The position numbers and the translations under genes were made by a program. A DNA stretch of 64,000 bases, taken from the NCBI RefSeq assembly GCF_003018255.1, contig NZ_CP027440.1; one strand, 5' to 3'. The DNA is from Escherichia coli (GTDB lineage: Bacteria > Pseudomonadota > Gammaproteobacteria > Enterobacterales > Enterobacteriaceae). The notes beneath the pieces were generated by a model, which was not told where the DNA came from, made no database searches, and saw nothing but the letters and a program-made list of their open reading frames with translations. Below are positions 50,402 through 60,489 of the stretch, one piece after another; within the stretch, counting starts at the first letter, position 1, and every line of letters begins with the position of its first letter.

Positions 50402-50717
50402 TTGTATCTCCTTGCCGTTGCCACAACCAGTGTGGCGGTTCGCAGTTTGTCCCGGTTCCCAGCGTTAGTGCGTCTGGCGTCAGCTGTAAAATTGTCCAGC
50501 CGTTTTCCAGCACGTCGTTTTGCTGCACCCGTCGCCATTTTTTTTGCCCGTCTTTTATTACACCGATGATGCGCTCACCTCGCCCTACCATCCCCTGATA
50601 GCGCCACTGGCTAAGTTCGCTAATCCGGCATAGATCTTCCGGCGGTTTAAAAGGGTCACGCATACCGGTTAAAAGGCACAATGTAATACCTGCCAACAAC
50701 CAGCGTTTAACCCTCAT
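50313..50717 (-). CDS. hofP: PilP-like pilus assembly protein
   Basis: Start taken at ATG 50715-50717 (MRVKRWLLAG..., 134 aa); 3' end overlaps hofQ 5' end by 89 nt. Confidence 0.7.
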   Translation of the reverse strand: MRVKRWLLAGITLCLLTGMRDPFKPPEDLCRISELSQWRYQGMVGRGERIIGVIKDGQKKWRRVQQNDVLENGWTILQLTPDALTLGTGTNCEPPHWLWQRQGDTNEAMDSRTTVDAYTRRTGGKAAKSDADGG

Positions 50718-51147
50718 GCGGCGTCTCCAGTTGTAGCGTGAACAAAAGGTCATCACCTTCCACGCTTAACGAAAAACGGCTCACGCTGACGTTGCGCTCT
50801 GCCAGCCGTGTAAATGCCGACGGCACTGCTTCCCACAGCGTTTTCAACGCCAACTCACCTCCCTGCGCGGATGGATGCCAGTAAACCAGTTGCGCGCCGG
50901 ATAACTGAAAATCCAGTGGCGAAAAGGGCAGCGTTTTTTCCTCGCTGAAGGGAGTGGTGTCAACCAGGCGATACAGTGCGGCCCACTGCTGGTGATGACT
51001 TGCCCGTAGTCGAATTAATGCGTCGCTCTCTTCATGGTGTGTCGATGACAGAAAAATGAGCGTAACTAACATCAGCAACCAGACTGCCCAGCAAAGCTGG
51101 CGGAGGCGGGGTGATGTGGCGAACCACCAGTCAAAGAGCATGTCCAT
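50707..51147 (-). CDS. hofO: PilO-like pilus assembly protein
   Basis: 146-aa with single N-terminal TM helix. Confidence 0.8.
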   Translation of the reverse strand: MDMLFDWWFATSPRLRQLCWAVWLLMLVTLIFLSSTHHEESDALIRLRASHHQQWAALYRLVDTTPFSEEKTLPFSPLDFQLSGAQLVYWHPSAQGGELALKTLWEAVPSAFTRLAERNVSVSRFSLSVEGDDLLFTLQLETPHEG

Positions 51148-51670
51148 CGCTAACCTTCCTTGTTAACTGATACTCAAATTGCCAGCGTCCCTGCGCATCC
51201 TGCTGCGTGGCCCCCCGCTGATTGAGATGAAAAGATGCATCCTGGCGGAGTGACGTTTCCAGCGCGTTTAACGCGGTAATGCTTGTTGTCAGCCCCTTGA
51301 TCTCCAGCGTACCTTGCTGCCAGCTTATCGTTGTCAGCCAGGCATGTTCGGGTAAAAGCGCCGCCAGTGCTTCCAGCGCAGATTGCCAGTCACGGGTAAA
51401 TTGTCGCTGGAGCTGCCTTTGCAAACGCTGTTCGCGTAACTGCTGGCGTTCCAGCAAACGTGGTTTCGTTATCTGTAAGCTGCGGGCGAGTTGTTGTTCC
51501 GCCTGAAGCAAAACGGTGTCTACGCGTGCTTCGGCGTTGCTTGTCAGACGCAGTATTAGCGTTATCCCGACAGCCAGCAGCAGAGGCGCAACGAACATCA
51601 GCAACCAGAAACGCAGAAAAGCGGTCCGGCGTTGCTGTCGCCAGGGCAAAAAATTAATTGGCGGGTTCAT
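51131..51670 (-). CDS. hofN: PilN-like pilus assembly protein
   Basis: 179-aa with N-terminal TM helix and coiled-coil. Confidence 0.8.
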   Translation of the reverse strand: MNPPINFLPWRQQRRTAFLRFWLLMFVAPLLLAVGITLILRLTSNAEARVDTVLLQAEQQLARSLQITKPRLLERQQLREQRLQRQLQRQFTRDWQSALEALAALLPEHAWLTTISWQQGTLEIKGLTTSITALNALETSLRQDASFHLNQRGATQQDAQGRWQFEYQLTRKVSDGHAL

Positions 51671-52449
51671 CAGTACGCCTTCCCTAGCGCCAGCCCCAGC
51701 GCGATGGCAAAGTCTCCACCTGGCGGCGGTAGCGGCGGCTGACGAACAGAAACCGCCTCCCAGGGATCAAATCCGCCTTCGCCACATATCGCGACGCTTT
51801 CGGGATCAACGGATAACGCTGCCGCCAGCTCCTTCGCGCTAGTCATCCCCACCGCCAGTTTGCGCCCCCAGCGATAGCGCGTCGCCCACAGCCACTGTTC
51901 GTTATCACGCCAGGCCAGACATTGCTGATGAGAAGGTAAAAAAGGCAGGAATCGCTGTAATGCACTGGCATCCGGGGTGATCGCGCTAACATGAACACGC
52001 AACCTTTCTGCCAGAGTAAGCAGCGTTGCCAACTCTTTGCTTTGCGCGGCAGTCACGTTATAGGCGGGACTGAGTGAGTCTTCGCTGTAATCGAAGCGCA
52101 GGGAGTCCGGATCCATATCCAGCTCGCGGGCCATCGTCCCGGACAGCCAGGCCGTTTGCTCCCGCTCACCAAGGGACATCGACGGACGTGGAAATGACCG
52201 CTGTAATGTGCGACTGGCGGGAAACGCCAACATAATGTGATGACGCTGCGGCAGTTCGCGACTCCACGGTAACAACGTTTTAGCCAGCCGCTGCACATCA
52301 ACAATCCGCCCATCTTTGATAATGTCGTTCTCCAGCGGCAACCGCCACCAGCGTTGCAAAAAGCATTCTTTTGTGCCCCGCACGATCGCAACCGCTACCG
52401 CTTCTTGCTGTTGTAAATGCAAACCAATTTGCCAGATCTTAAATGCCAT
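51670..52449 (-). CDS. hofM: PilM-like (actin-like ATPase fold) pilus assembly protein
   Basis: Start taken at ATG 52447-52449 (MAFKIWQIGLHL..., 259 aa). Confidence 0.82.
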   Translation of the reverse strand: MAFKIWQIGLHLQQQEAVAVAIVRGTKECFLQRWWRLPLENDIIKDGRIVDVQRLAKTLLPWSRELPQRHHIMLAFPASRTLQRSFPRPSMSLGEREQTAWLSGTMARELDMDPDSLRFDYSEDSLSPAYNVTAAQSKELATLLTLAERLRVHVSAITPDASALQRFLPFLPSHQQCLAWRDNEQWLWATRYRWGRKLAVGMTSAKELAAALSVDPESVAICGEGGFDPWEAVSVRQPPLPPPGGDFAIALGLALGKAY

Positions 52450-52568
52450 TGTGATGATCTCCTTATCACCCGTCACTCTGACGGGTATATCAATGCGTCT
52501 GGCTTGCCTTTATACTACCGCGCGTTTGTTTATAAACTGCCCAAATGAAACTAAATGGGAAATTTCCA

Positions 52569-55121
52569 GTGAAGTTCGTAAAGTATTTTTTGATCCTTGC
52601 AGTCTGTTGCATTCTGCTGGGAGCAGGCTCGATTTATGGCCTATACCGCTACATCGAGCCACAACTGCCGGATGTGGCGACATTAAAAGATGTTCGCCTG
52701 CAAATTCCGATGCAGATTTACAGCGCCGATGGCGAGCTGATTGCTCAATACGGTGAGAAACGTCGTATTCCGGTTACGTTGGATCAAATCCCGCCGGAGA
52801 TGGTGAAAGCCTTTATCGCGACGGAAGACAGCCGCTTCTACGAGCATCACGGCGTTGACCCGGTGGGGATCTTCCGTGCGGCAAGTGTGGCGCTGTTCTC
52901 CGGCCACGCGTCACAAGGGGCGAGTACCATTACCCAGCAGCTGGCGAGAAACTTCTTCCTCAGTCCAGAACGCACGCTGATGCGTAAGATTAAGGAAGTC
53001 TTCCTCGCGATTCGCATTGAACAGTTGCTGACGAAAGACGAGATCCTCGAGCTTTATCTGAACAAGATTTACCTCGGTTACCGCGCCTATGGTGTCGGTG
53101 CTGCGGCACAAGTCTATTTCGGTAAAACGGTCGACCAACTGACGCTGAACGAAATGGCGGTGATAGCCGGGCTGCCGAAAGCGCCTTCCACCTTTAATCC
53201 GCTCTACTCAATGGATCGTGCCGTCGCGCGGCGTAACGTCGTACTGTCGCGGATGCTGGATGAAGGGTATATCACCCAACAACAGTTCGATCAGACACGC
53301 ACTGAGGCGATTAACGCTAACTATCACGCGCCGGAGATTGCTTTCTCTGCGCCGTACCTGAGCGAAATGGTGCGCCAGGAGATGTATAACCGTTATGGCG
53401 AAAGTGCCTATGAAGACGGTTATCGCATTTACACCACCATCACCCGCAAAGTGCAGCAGGCCGCACAGCAGGCGGTACGTAATAACGTGCTGGACTACGA
53501 CATGCGCCACGGCTATCGCGGCCCGGCAAATGTGCTGTGGAAAGTGGGCGAGTCGGCGTGGGATAACAACAAGATTACCGATACGCTGAAGGCGCTGCCG
53601 ACCTATGGTCCGCTGCTGCCTGCCGCAGTCACCAGCGCCAATCCTCAGGAAGCGACGGCGATGCTGGCGGACGGGTCGACCGTCGCATTGAGTATGGAAG
53701 GCGTTCGCTGGGCGCGTCCTTACCGTTCGGATACTCAGCAGGGACCGACGCCGCGTAAAGTGACCGATGTTCTGCAAACGGGTCAGCAAATCTGGGTTCG
53801 TCAGGTTGGCGATGCATGGTGGCTGGCGCAAGTGCCGGAAGTGAACTCGGCGCTGGTGTCGATCAATCCGCAAAACGGTGCCGTTATGGCGCTGGTCGGT
53901 GGCTTTGATTTCAATCAGAGCAAGTTTAACCGCGCCACCCAGGCACTGCGTCAGGTAGGTTCCAACATCAAACCGTTCCTCTACACCGCGGCGATGGATA
54001 AAGGTCTGACGCTGGCAAGTATGTTGAACGATGTGCCAATTTCCCGCTGGGATGCAGGTGCCGGTTCTGACTGGCAGCCGAAGAACTCACCACCGCAGTA
54101 TGCCGGTCCAATTCGCTTACGTCAGGGACTGGGCCAGTCGAAAAACGTGGTGATGGTACGCGCAATGCGGGCGATGGGCGTCGACTACGCTGCAGAATAT
54201 CTGCAACGCTTCGGCTTCCCGGCGCAAAACATTGTCCACACCGAATCGCTGGCGCTGGGTTCAGCGTCATTCACCCCAATGCAGGTGGCGCGCGGCTACG
54301 CGGTCATGGCGAACGGCGGCTTCCTGGTGGACCCGTGGTTTATCAGCAAAATTGAAAACGATCAGGGCGGCGTGATTTTCGAAGCGAAACCGAAAGTAGC
54401 CTGCCCGGAATGCGATATTCCGGTGATTTACGGTGATACGCAGAAATCGAACGTGCTGGAAAATAACGATGTTGAAGATGTCGCTATCTCCCGCGAGCAG
54501 CAGAATGTTTCTGTACCAATGCCGCAGCTGGAGCAGGCAAATCAGGCGTTAGTGGCGAAGACCGGCGCGCAGGAATACGCACCGCACGTCATCAACACTC
54601 CGCTGGCATTCCTGATTAAGAGTGCCTTGAACACCAATATTTTTGGTGAACCCGGCTGGCAGGGTACTGGCTGGCGAGCAGGTCGTGATTTACAACGGCA
54701 TGATATAGGCGGAAAAACGGGTACCACTAACAGTTCGAAAGATGCGTGGTTCTCGGGTTACGGTCCGGGCGTTGTGACCTCGGTCTGGATTGGCTTTGAT
54801 GATCACCGTCGTAATCTCGGTCATACAACAGCTTCCGGAGCGATTAAAGATCAGATCTCAGGTTACGAAGGCGGTGCCAAGAGTGCCCAACCTGCATGGG
54901 ACGCTTATATGAAAGCCGTTCTTGAAGGTGTGCCGGAGCAGCCGCTGACGCCGCCGCCGGGTATTGTGACGGTGAATATCGATCGCAGCACCGGGCAGTT
55001 AGCTAATGGTGGCAACAGCCGCGAAGAGTATTTCATCGAAGGTACGCAGCCGACACAACAGGCGGTGCACGAGGTGGGAACGACCATTATCGATAATGGC
55101 GAGGCACAGGAATTGTTCTGA
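52569..55121 (+). CDS. mrcA: Penicillin-binding protein 1A (bifunctional transglycosylase/transpeptidase)
   Basis: GT51 motifs (IATEDSRFYEHHGVD) and transpeptidase SxxK/KTG (GSNIKP..., KTGTT); GTG at 52569 gives the 850-aa form; in-frame ATG at 52545 is an alternative. Confidence 0.95.
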   Translation: MKFVKYFLILAVCCILLGAGSIYGLYRYIEPQLPDVATLKDVRLQIPMQIYSADGELIAQYGEKRRIPVTLDQIPPEMVKAFIATEDSRFYEHHGVDPVGIFRAASVALFSGHASQGASTITQQLARNFFLSPERTLMRKIKEVFLAIRIEQLLTKDEILELYLNKIYLGYRAYGVGAAAQVYFGKTVDQLTLNEMAVIAGLPKAPSTFNPLYSMDRAVARRNVVLSRMLDEGYITQQQFDQTRTEAINANYHAPEIAFSAPYLSEMVRQEMYNRYGESAYEDGYRIYTTITRKVQQAAQQAVRNNVLDYDMRHGYRGPANVLWKVGESAWDNNKITDTLKALPTYGPLLPAAVTSANPQEATAMLADGSTVALSMEGVRWARPYRSDTQQGPTPRKVTDVLQTGQQIWVRQVGDAWWLAQVPEVNSALVSINPQNGAVMALVGGFDFNQSKFNRATQALRQVGSNIKPFLYTAAMDKGLTLASMLNDVPISRWDAGAGSDWQPKNSPPQYAGPIRLRQGLGQSKNVVMVRAMRAMGVDYAAEYLQRFGFPAQNIVHTESLALGSASFTPMQVARGYAVMANGGFLVDPWFISKIENDQGGVIFEAKPKVACPECDIPVIYGDTQKSNVLENNDVEDVAISREQQNVSVPMPQLEQANQALVAKTGAQEYAPHVINTPLAFLIKSALNTNIFGEPGWQGTGWRAGRDLQRHDIGGKTGTTNSSKDAWFSGYGPGVVTSVWIGFDDHRRNLGHTTASGAIKDQISGYEGGAKSAQPAWDAYMKAVLEGVPEQPLTPPPGIVTVNIDRSTGQLANGGNSREEYFIEGTQPTQQAVHEVGTTIIDNGEAQELF

Positions 55122-55124
55122 TTA

Positions 55125-55146
55125 AAAAGGCGCTTCAGCGCCTTTT
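55125..55146. terminator. Bidirectional terminator between mrcA and nudE
   Basis: aaaaaggcgc-ttca-gcgccttttt. Confidence 0.65.
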
Positions 55147-55288
55147 TAAGTTTGCTGACAAAGTGCACTTTGTTTATACCGGATACGGCGTGAACACTTT
55201 ACCCGTCTAAAAACATCTAGAAAAATCAATATATTGCAGGAGCCACACAGGCCTGATAAGCATTATGCATCAGGCAAACTTCACGCAT

Positions 55289-55849
55289 TTACAACCGCCC
55301 CTGCCCCTTCAACCATTCGCGCACGAGGAAAAGCGCGCTGACATTACGCGCTTCGTTGAAGTCAGGGTCTTCCAGCAAATCCATCATATGCGCCAGCGGC
55401 CAGCGCACCTGTGGTAGCGGCTCTGGCTCATCGCCTTCCAGCGATTCCGGGTAGAGATCTTGCGCTACCACGATATTCATTTTGCTGGAAAAGTAAGACG
55501 GTGCCATGCTGAGCTTCTTCAAAAAAGTCAGATCGTTCGCACCAAATCCCACCTCTTCTTTTAGCTCGCGGTTCGCGGCTTCGAAGACGCTTTCACCCGG
55601 ATCAATTAATCCTTTCGAAAAACCTAATTCGTAGGATTCAGTTCCCACTGCGTATTCGCGGATCAGGATCAGGTGATCGTCCACAATCGGCACAATCATC
55701 ACTGCTTCCCGGTTGGTTGGACGCATTCGTTCATAAACACGCCGCACGCCATTGCTGAACTCCAGATCCACGCTTTCGACGGTAAACAGTCGGGAACGGG
55801 CTACAGTTTCAACATTCAGAATGGTGGGTTTTTGTAATGATTTGCTCAT
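55289..55849 (-). CDS. nudE: ADP-sugar diphosphatase (Nudix)
   Basis: 186-aa with Nudix box (GLIDPGESVFEAANRELKEEVG). Confidence 0.9.
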   Translation of the reverse strand: MSKSLQKPTILNVETVARSRLFTVESVDLEFSNGVRRVYERMRPTNREAVMIVPIVDDHLILIREYAVGTESYELGFSKGLIDPGESVFEAANRELKEEVGFGANDLTFLKKLSMAPSYFSSKMNIVVAQDLYPESLEGDEPEPLPQVRWPLAHMMDLLEDPDFNEARNVSALFLVREWLKGQGRL

Positions 55850-56168
55850 CGTGGGATCTATGCTGTGAAATCAGCGGTTATTGTGCGATATCGGACACGC
55901 TTTCGGCAATGTGAATTGCATGTTATTTACATTTATGTAACTTAATAAATAATCGTCCTCAAATCAAATTAAAAGTCAATAGGTTGAAATAACTCCAGGA
56001 ATTTGCTGATATTCCGCCTTCAGAGGGTTTGCTATGATCAGCGGTTACTGTGATGTGCTTAATGATGCTCAAGTTAAACTCCACGCTTGCCGATAGCCAA
56101 CCGCAGAATCATGTTTTGTGTCCGGTGCGACTGACCACGCCTGACAGACTAAGTAAGATGGGGAAAGC

Positions 56169-58304
56169 ATGAGCACCATTGTGATTTTTTTAGCTGCTTT
56201 GCTGGCCTGCTCACTACTTGCGGGATGGCTGATAAAAGTGCGATCCAGACGGCGTCAGCTGCCCTGGACCAACGCCTTCGCGGATGCGCAAACGCGTAAA
56301 CTCACACCTGAAGAACGTAGCGCCGTTGAAAATTATCTTGAGAGCCTGACGCAGGTATTACAGGTGCCTGGCCCAACGGGAGCCAGCGCGGCACCGATTT
56401 CTCTGGCGCTGAATGCCGAAAGCAACAACGTCATGATGCTAACACACGCTATCACGCGTTACGGCATCTCTACCGACGATCCGAATAAATGGCGTTACTA
56501 CCTCGATTCGGTAGAAGTCCACCTGCCCCCTTTCTGGGAGCAGTACATCAACGATGAGAATACCGTTGAACTGATTCATACCGATTCGCTGCCGCTGGTT
56601 ATTTCACTCAACGGTCATACGCTGCAGGAGTACATGCAGGAAACTCGCGGCTATGCCTTGCAACCTGTTCCGTCAACACAGGCGTCGATTCGCGGGGAAG
56701 AGAGTGAGCAAATCGAGCTACTCAATATTCGCAAAGAAACGCACGAAGAGTATGCGCTAAGTCGTCCGCGCGGGCTGCGCGAAGCGTTGCTGATTGTCGC
56801 CTCCTTCCTGATGTTCTTTTTCTGCCTGATTACCCCGGATGTATTTGTTCCGTGGCTGGCAGGCGGCGCGTTACTGCTGCTGGGCGCAGGTCTGTGGGGG
56901 CTATTCGCGCCCCCGGCAAAATCCTCCCTGCGGGAAATTCATTGTCTGCGCGGTACACCCCGTCGTTGGGGATTGTTTGGCGAAAACGATCAGGAACAGA
57001 TCAACAATATTTCACTCGGTATTATCGACCTGGTCTACCCCGCACACTGGCAGCCCTACATTGCTCATGATCTCGGCCAACAAACCGATATCGATATCTA
57101 TCTCGACCGCCACGTAGTGCGTCAGGGGCGATATCTTTCGCTGCATGATGAAGTAAAAAACTTTCCGTTACAGCACTGGCTGCGCAGTACGATTATCGCT
57201 GCGGGTTCGCTGCTGGTGCTGTTTATGCTGTTATTCTGGATCCCGCTGGATATGCCGCTGAAATTCACTCTCTCATGGATGAAAGGCGCGCAGACCATTG
57301 AAGCCACCAGCGTGAAACAACTGGCTGACGCTGGCGTACGGGTTGGCGATACATTGCGTATTAGCGGTACGGGAATGTGTAATATTCGCACTTCCGGTAC
57401 CTGGAGCGCGAAAACCAACTCACCTTTTTTACCGTTTGACTGCTCGCAGATCATCTGGAATGACGCCCGCTCATTGCCATTACCAGAATCTGAATTGGTC
57501 AACAAAGCGACGGCATTGACCGAAGCAGTTAATCGCCAGCTGCACCCTAAACCGGAAGATGAATCTCGCGTCAGCGCCTCATTACGTTCAGCAATTCAAA
57601 AATCCGGCATGGTATTGCTTGATGATTTTGGCGACATAGTACTGAAGACAGCGGATCTGTGTTCTGCCAAAGATGACTGTGTGCGACTGAAAAATGCGCT
57701 GGTCAATCTCGGCAACAGTAAAGACTGGGACGCGCTGGTAAAACGCGCCAACGCCGGGAAACTCGATGGCGTGAATGTGTTATTACGCCCGGTGAGTGCG
57801 GAATCGCTGGATAACCTGGTGGCAACCTCCACCGCGCCGTTTATCACGCATGAAACGGCGCGAGCGGCACAATCACTAAACAGTCCGGCCCCCGGCGGAT
57901 TCCTGATTGTCAGCGACGAAGGCAGCGATTTTGTTGATCAGCCCTGGCCTTCGGCATCACTTTACGACTACCCGCCGCAAGAACAGTGGAACGCTTTCCA
58001 GAAACTGGCACAAATGCTGATGCATACGCCGTTTAACGCCGAGGGTATCGTCACAAAAATCTTCACTGACGCCAATGGTACGCAGCATATAGGCCTTCAT
58101 CCGATCCCGGATCGTTCCGGCCTGTGGCGCTATCTCAGCACCACGCTGCTGCTACTGACGATGCTGGGTAGCGCCATTTATAATGGCGTACAGGCCTGGC
58201 GGCGTTACCAGCGTCATCGTACTCGCATGATGAAGATTCAGGCCTATTATGAAAGCTGCCTGAACCCACAACTGATCACCCCTTCAGAAAGCCTTATCGA
58301 ATAA
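56169..58304 (+). CDS. igaA: Inner-membrane Rcs-phosphorelay attenuator IgaA/YrfF
   Basis: 711-aa with several TM segments and large periplasmic region. Confidence 0.9.
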   Translation: MSTIVIFLAALLACSLLAGWLIKVRSRRRQLPWTNAFADAQTRKLTPEERSAVENYLESLTQVLQVPGPTGASAAPISLALNAESNNVMMLTHAITRYGISTDDPNKWRYYLDSVEVHLPPFWEQYINDENTVELIHTDSLPLVISLNGHTLQEYMQETRGYALQPVPSTQASIRGEESEQIELLNIRKETHEEYALSRPRGLREALLIVASFLMFFFCLITPDVFVPWLAGGALLLLGAGLWGLFAPPAKSSLREIHCLRGTPRRWGLFGENDQEQINNISLGIIDLVYPAHWQPYIAHDLGQQTDIDIYLDRHVVRQGRYLSLHDEVKNFPLQHWLRSTIIAAGSLLVLFMLLFWIPLDMPLKFTLSWMKGAQTIEATSVKQLADAGVRVGDTLRISGTGMCNIRTSGTWSAKTNSPFLPFDCSQIIWNDARSLPLPESELVNKATALTEAVNRQLHPKPEDESRVSASLRSAIQKSGMVLLDDFGDIVLKTADLCSAKDDCVRLKNALVNLGNSKDWDALVKRANAGKLDGVNVLLRPVSAESLDNLVATSTAPFITHETARAAQSLNSPAPGGFLIVSDEGSDFVDQPWPSASLYDYPPQEQWNAFQKLAQMLMHTPFNAEGIVTKIFTDANGTQHIGLHPIPDRSGLWRYLSTTLLLLTMLGSAIYNGVQAWRRYQRHRTRMMKIQAYYESCLNPQLITPSESLIE

Positions 58305-58368
58305 CACGTTTGCGCGGCAGGTTATGCTACCCTGTCGCGCAAATTGCTTCACTCTGGAGATTTCCCTC

Positions 58369-59037
58369 ATGCATATCAACATTGCCTGGCAGGACGTAGA
58401 TACCGTTCTGCTGGATATGGACGGCACGTTGCTCGACCTCGCCTTCGATAACTATTTCTGGCAAAAGCTGGTGCCTGAAACATGGGGCGCGAAAAACGGG
58501 GTTACGCCACAGGAAGCGATGGAATATATGCGCCAGCAATATCACGACGTACAGCATACGCTAAACTGGTACTGTCTTGATTACTGGAGTGAGCAACTGG
58601 GTCTGGATATCTGTGCGATGACCACCGAGATGGGACCGCGCGCCGTACTGCGTGAAGATACCATTCCGTTTCTTGAGGCACTGAAAGCCAGCGGTAAGCA
58701 GCGAATTTTGCTCACCAATGCGCATCCGCACAACCTGGCGGTAAAACTTGAGCATACCGGTCTGGACGCACACCTTGATTTATTACTTTCCACCCACACA
58801 TTTGGTTATCCGAAAGAGGATCAGCGGTTATGGCATGCGGTGGCCGAAGCTACGGGTCTGAAAGCTGAAAGAACGCTGTTTATTGATGACAGCGAAGCGA
58901 TTCTCGATGCTGCCGCGCAATTTGGTATTCGTTACTGCCTCGGCGTGACTAATCCTGACTCCGGGATTGCCGAGAAACAGTATCAACGCCATCCGTCACT
59001 GAATGACTACCGCCGCCTGATCCCCTCGCTAATGTGA
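58369..59037 (+). CDS. yrfG: HAD-family nucleotidase YrfG
   Basis: Start taken at MHINIAWQDVDTVLLDMDGTLLDL (DxDGT HAD motif), 222 aa; ORF track begins 15 codons upstream. Confidence 0.85.
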   Translation: MHINIAWQDVDTVLLDMDGTLLDLAFDNYFWQKLVPETWGAKNGVTPQEAMEYMRQQYHDVQHTLNWYCLDYWSEQLGLDICAMTTEMGPRAVLREDTIPFLEALKASGKQRILLTNAHPHNLAVKLEHTGLDAHLDLLLSTHTFGYPKEDQRLWHAVAEATGLKAERTLFIDDSEAILDAAAQFGIRYCLGVTNPDSGIAEKQYQRHPSLNDYRRLIPSLM

Positions 59038-59047
59038 AGGAGACGCC

Positions 59048-59449
59048 ATGAAAGAAAAACCTGCTGTTGAGGTTCGACTGGATAAATGGCTATGGGCTGC
59101 CCGTTTTTATAAAACCCGCGCGCTGGCCCGTGAAATGATTGAAGGCGGTAAGGTGCATTACAACGGGCAGCGCAGCAAGCCGAGCAAAATCGTCGAGCTG
59201 AATGCCACGCTCACTCTGCGCCAGGGAAATGACGAACGCACGGTGATTGTAAAGGCGATTACTGAACAGCGTCGCCCCGCCAGCGAGGCAGCCTTGCTGT
59301 ATGAAGAGACTGCGGAAAGTGTAGAGAAACGCGAAAAAATGGCGCTGGCACGTAAACTTAATGCCTTAACCATGCCGCACCCGGACCGACGCCCGGACAA
59401 AAAAGAGCGCCGCGACCTGTTACGATTTAAACACGGCGACAGTGAATAA
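59048..59449 (+). CDS. hslR: Ribosome-associated heat shock protein Hsp15 (S4 domain)
   Basis: 133-aa MKEKPAVEVRLDKWLWAARFYKTRALAREMIEGGKVHYNGQR... Confidence 0.92.
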   Translation: MKEKPAVEVRLDKWLWAARFYKTRALAREMIEGGKVHYNGQRSKPSKIVELNATLTLRQGNDERTVIVKAITEQRRPASEAALLYEETAESVEKREKMALARKLNALTMPHPDRRPDKKERRDLLRFKHGDSE

Positions 59450-59467
59450 CTGTCACCTGCAAGAGAG

Positions 59468-60352
59468 ATGATTATGCCGCAACATGACCAATTACATCGC
59501 TATCTGTTTGAAAACTTTGCCGTTCGCGGCGAACTGGTAACCGTTTCGGAAACCCTGCAACAGATCCTTGAGAACCACGATTATCCGCAGCCCGTTAAAA
59601 ACGTGCTGGCAGAACTGCTGGTTGCGACCAGCCTGTTAACCGCTACGCTGAAGTTTGATGGTGATATCACCGTACAGCTGCAAGGCGACGGTCCGATGAA
59701 TCTGGCGGTTATTAACGGTAACAACAACCAGCAGATGCGCGGTGTGGCGCGCGTGCAGGGCGAAATTCCAGAAAATGCCGACCTGAAAACGCTGGTCGGC
59801 AATGGTTACGTGGTGATCACCATCACCCCGAGCGAAGGTGAACGCTATCAGGGCGTGGTGGGTCTGGAAGGTGATACTCTGGCGGCCTGCCTGGAAGATT
59901 ACTTTATGCGTTCTGAACAGCTGCCGACGCGCCTGTTTATTCGCACCGGCGACGTAGACGGCAAACCGGCTGCAGGCGGTATGTTGTTGCAGGTAATGCC
60001 TGCGCAAAATGCCCAGCAGGACGACTTTGACCACCTGGCGACGCTAACCGAAACCATCAAAACCGAAGAACTGTTGACCTTACCGGCAAACGAAGTGTTG
60101 TGGCGTTTGTATCACGAAGAAGAGGTGACGGTTTATGATCCGCAGGATGTGGAGTTCAAATGCACCTGCTCGCGTGAACGTTGCGCCGACGCGCTAAAAA
60201 CGCTGCCGGATGAAGAAGTCGATAGCATCCTGGCGGAAGATGGCGAAATTGACATGCATTGTGATTACTGCGGTAACCACTATCTGTTCAATGCGATGGA
60301 TATTGCTGAAATCCGCAACAACGCGTCTCCGGCAGATCCGCAAGTTCATTAA
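59468..60352 (+). CDS. hslO: Redox-regulated chaperone Hsp33
   Basis: 294-aa with C-terminal zinc centre CTCSRERC...CDYCGNHY. Confidence 0.95.
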   Translation: MIMPQHDQLHRYLFENFAVRGELVTVSETLQQILENHDYPQPVKNVLAELLVATSLLTATLKFDGDITVQLQGDGPMNLAVINGNNNQQMRGVARVQGEIPENADLKTLVGNGYVVITITPSEGERYQGVVGLEGDTLAACLEDYFMRSEQLPTRLFIRTGDVDGKPAAGGMLLQVMPAQNAQQDDFDHLATLTETIKTEELLTLPANEVLWRLYHEEEVTVYDPQDVEFKCTCSRERCADALKTLPDEEVDSILAEDGEIDMHCDYCGNHYLFNAMDIAEIRNNASPADPQVH

Positions 60353-60361
60353 TGAGTATGT

Positions 60362-60390
60362 CCGGCAGAGAGGGCTCTGCCGGATTTTAC
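60362..60390 (+). terminator. hslO intrinsic terminator
   Basis: ccggcagag-aggg-ctctgccgg followed by attttac. Confidence 0.55.
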
Positions 60391-60399
60391 GACGTAATG

Positions 60400-60423
60400 G
60401 CCTGATGCGCTTATCAGACCTAC
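60400..60423. repeat. REP-like element
   Basis: gcctgatgcgcttatcagacctac between convergent hslO and yhgE. Confidence 0.5.
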
Positions 60424-60489
60424 GGATTCAATGCAATTTATCGCAGGTAAGATAATGTGCCGAATCCAATAAAAATCAGATATGCGCTG

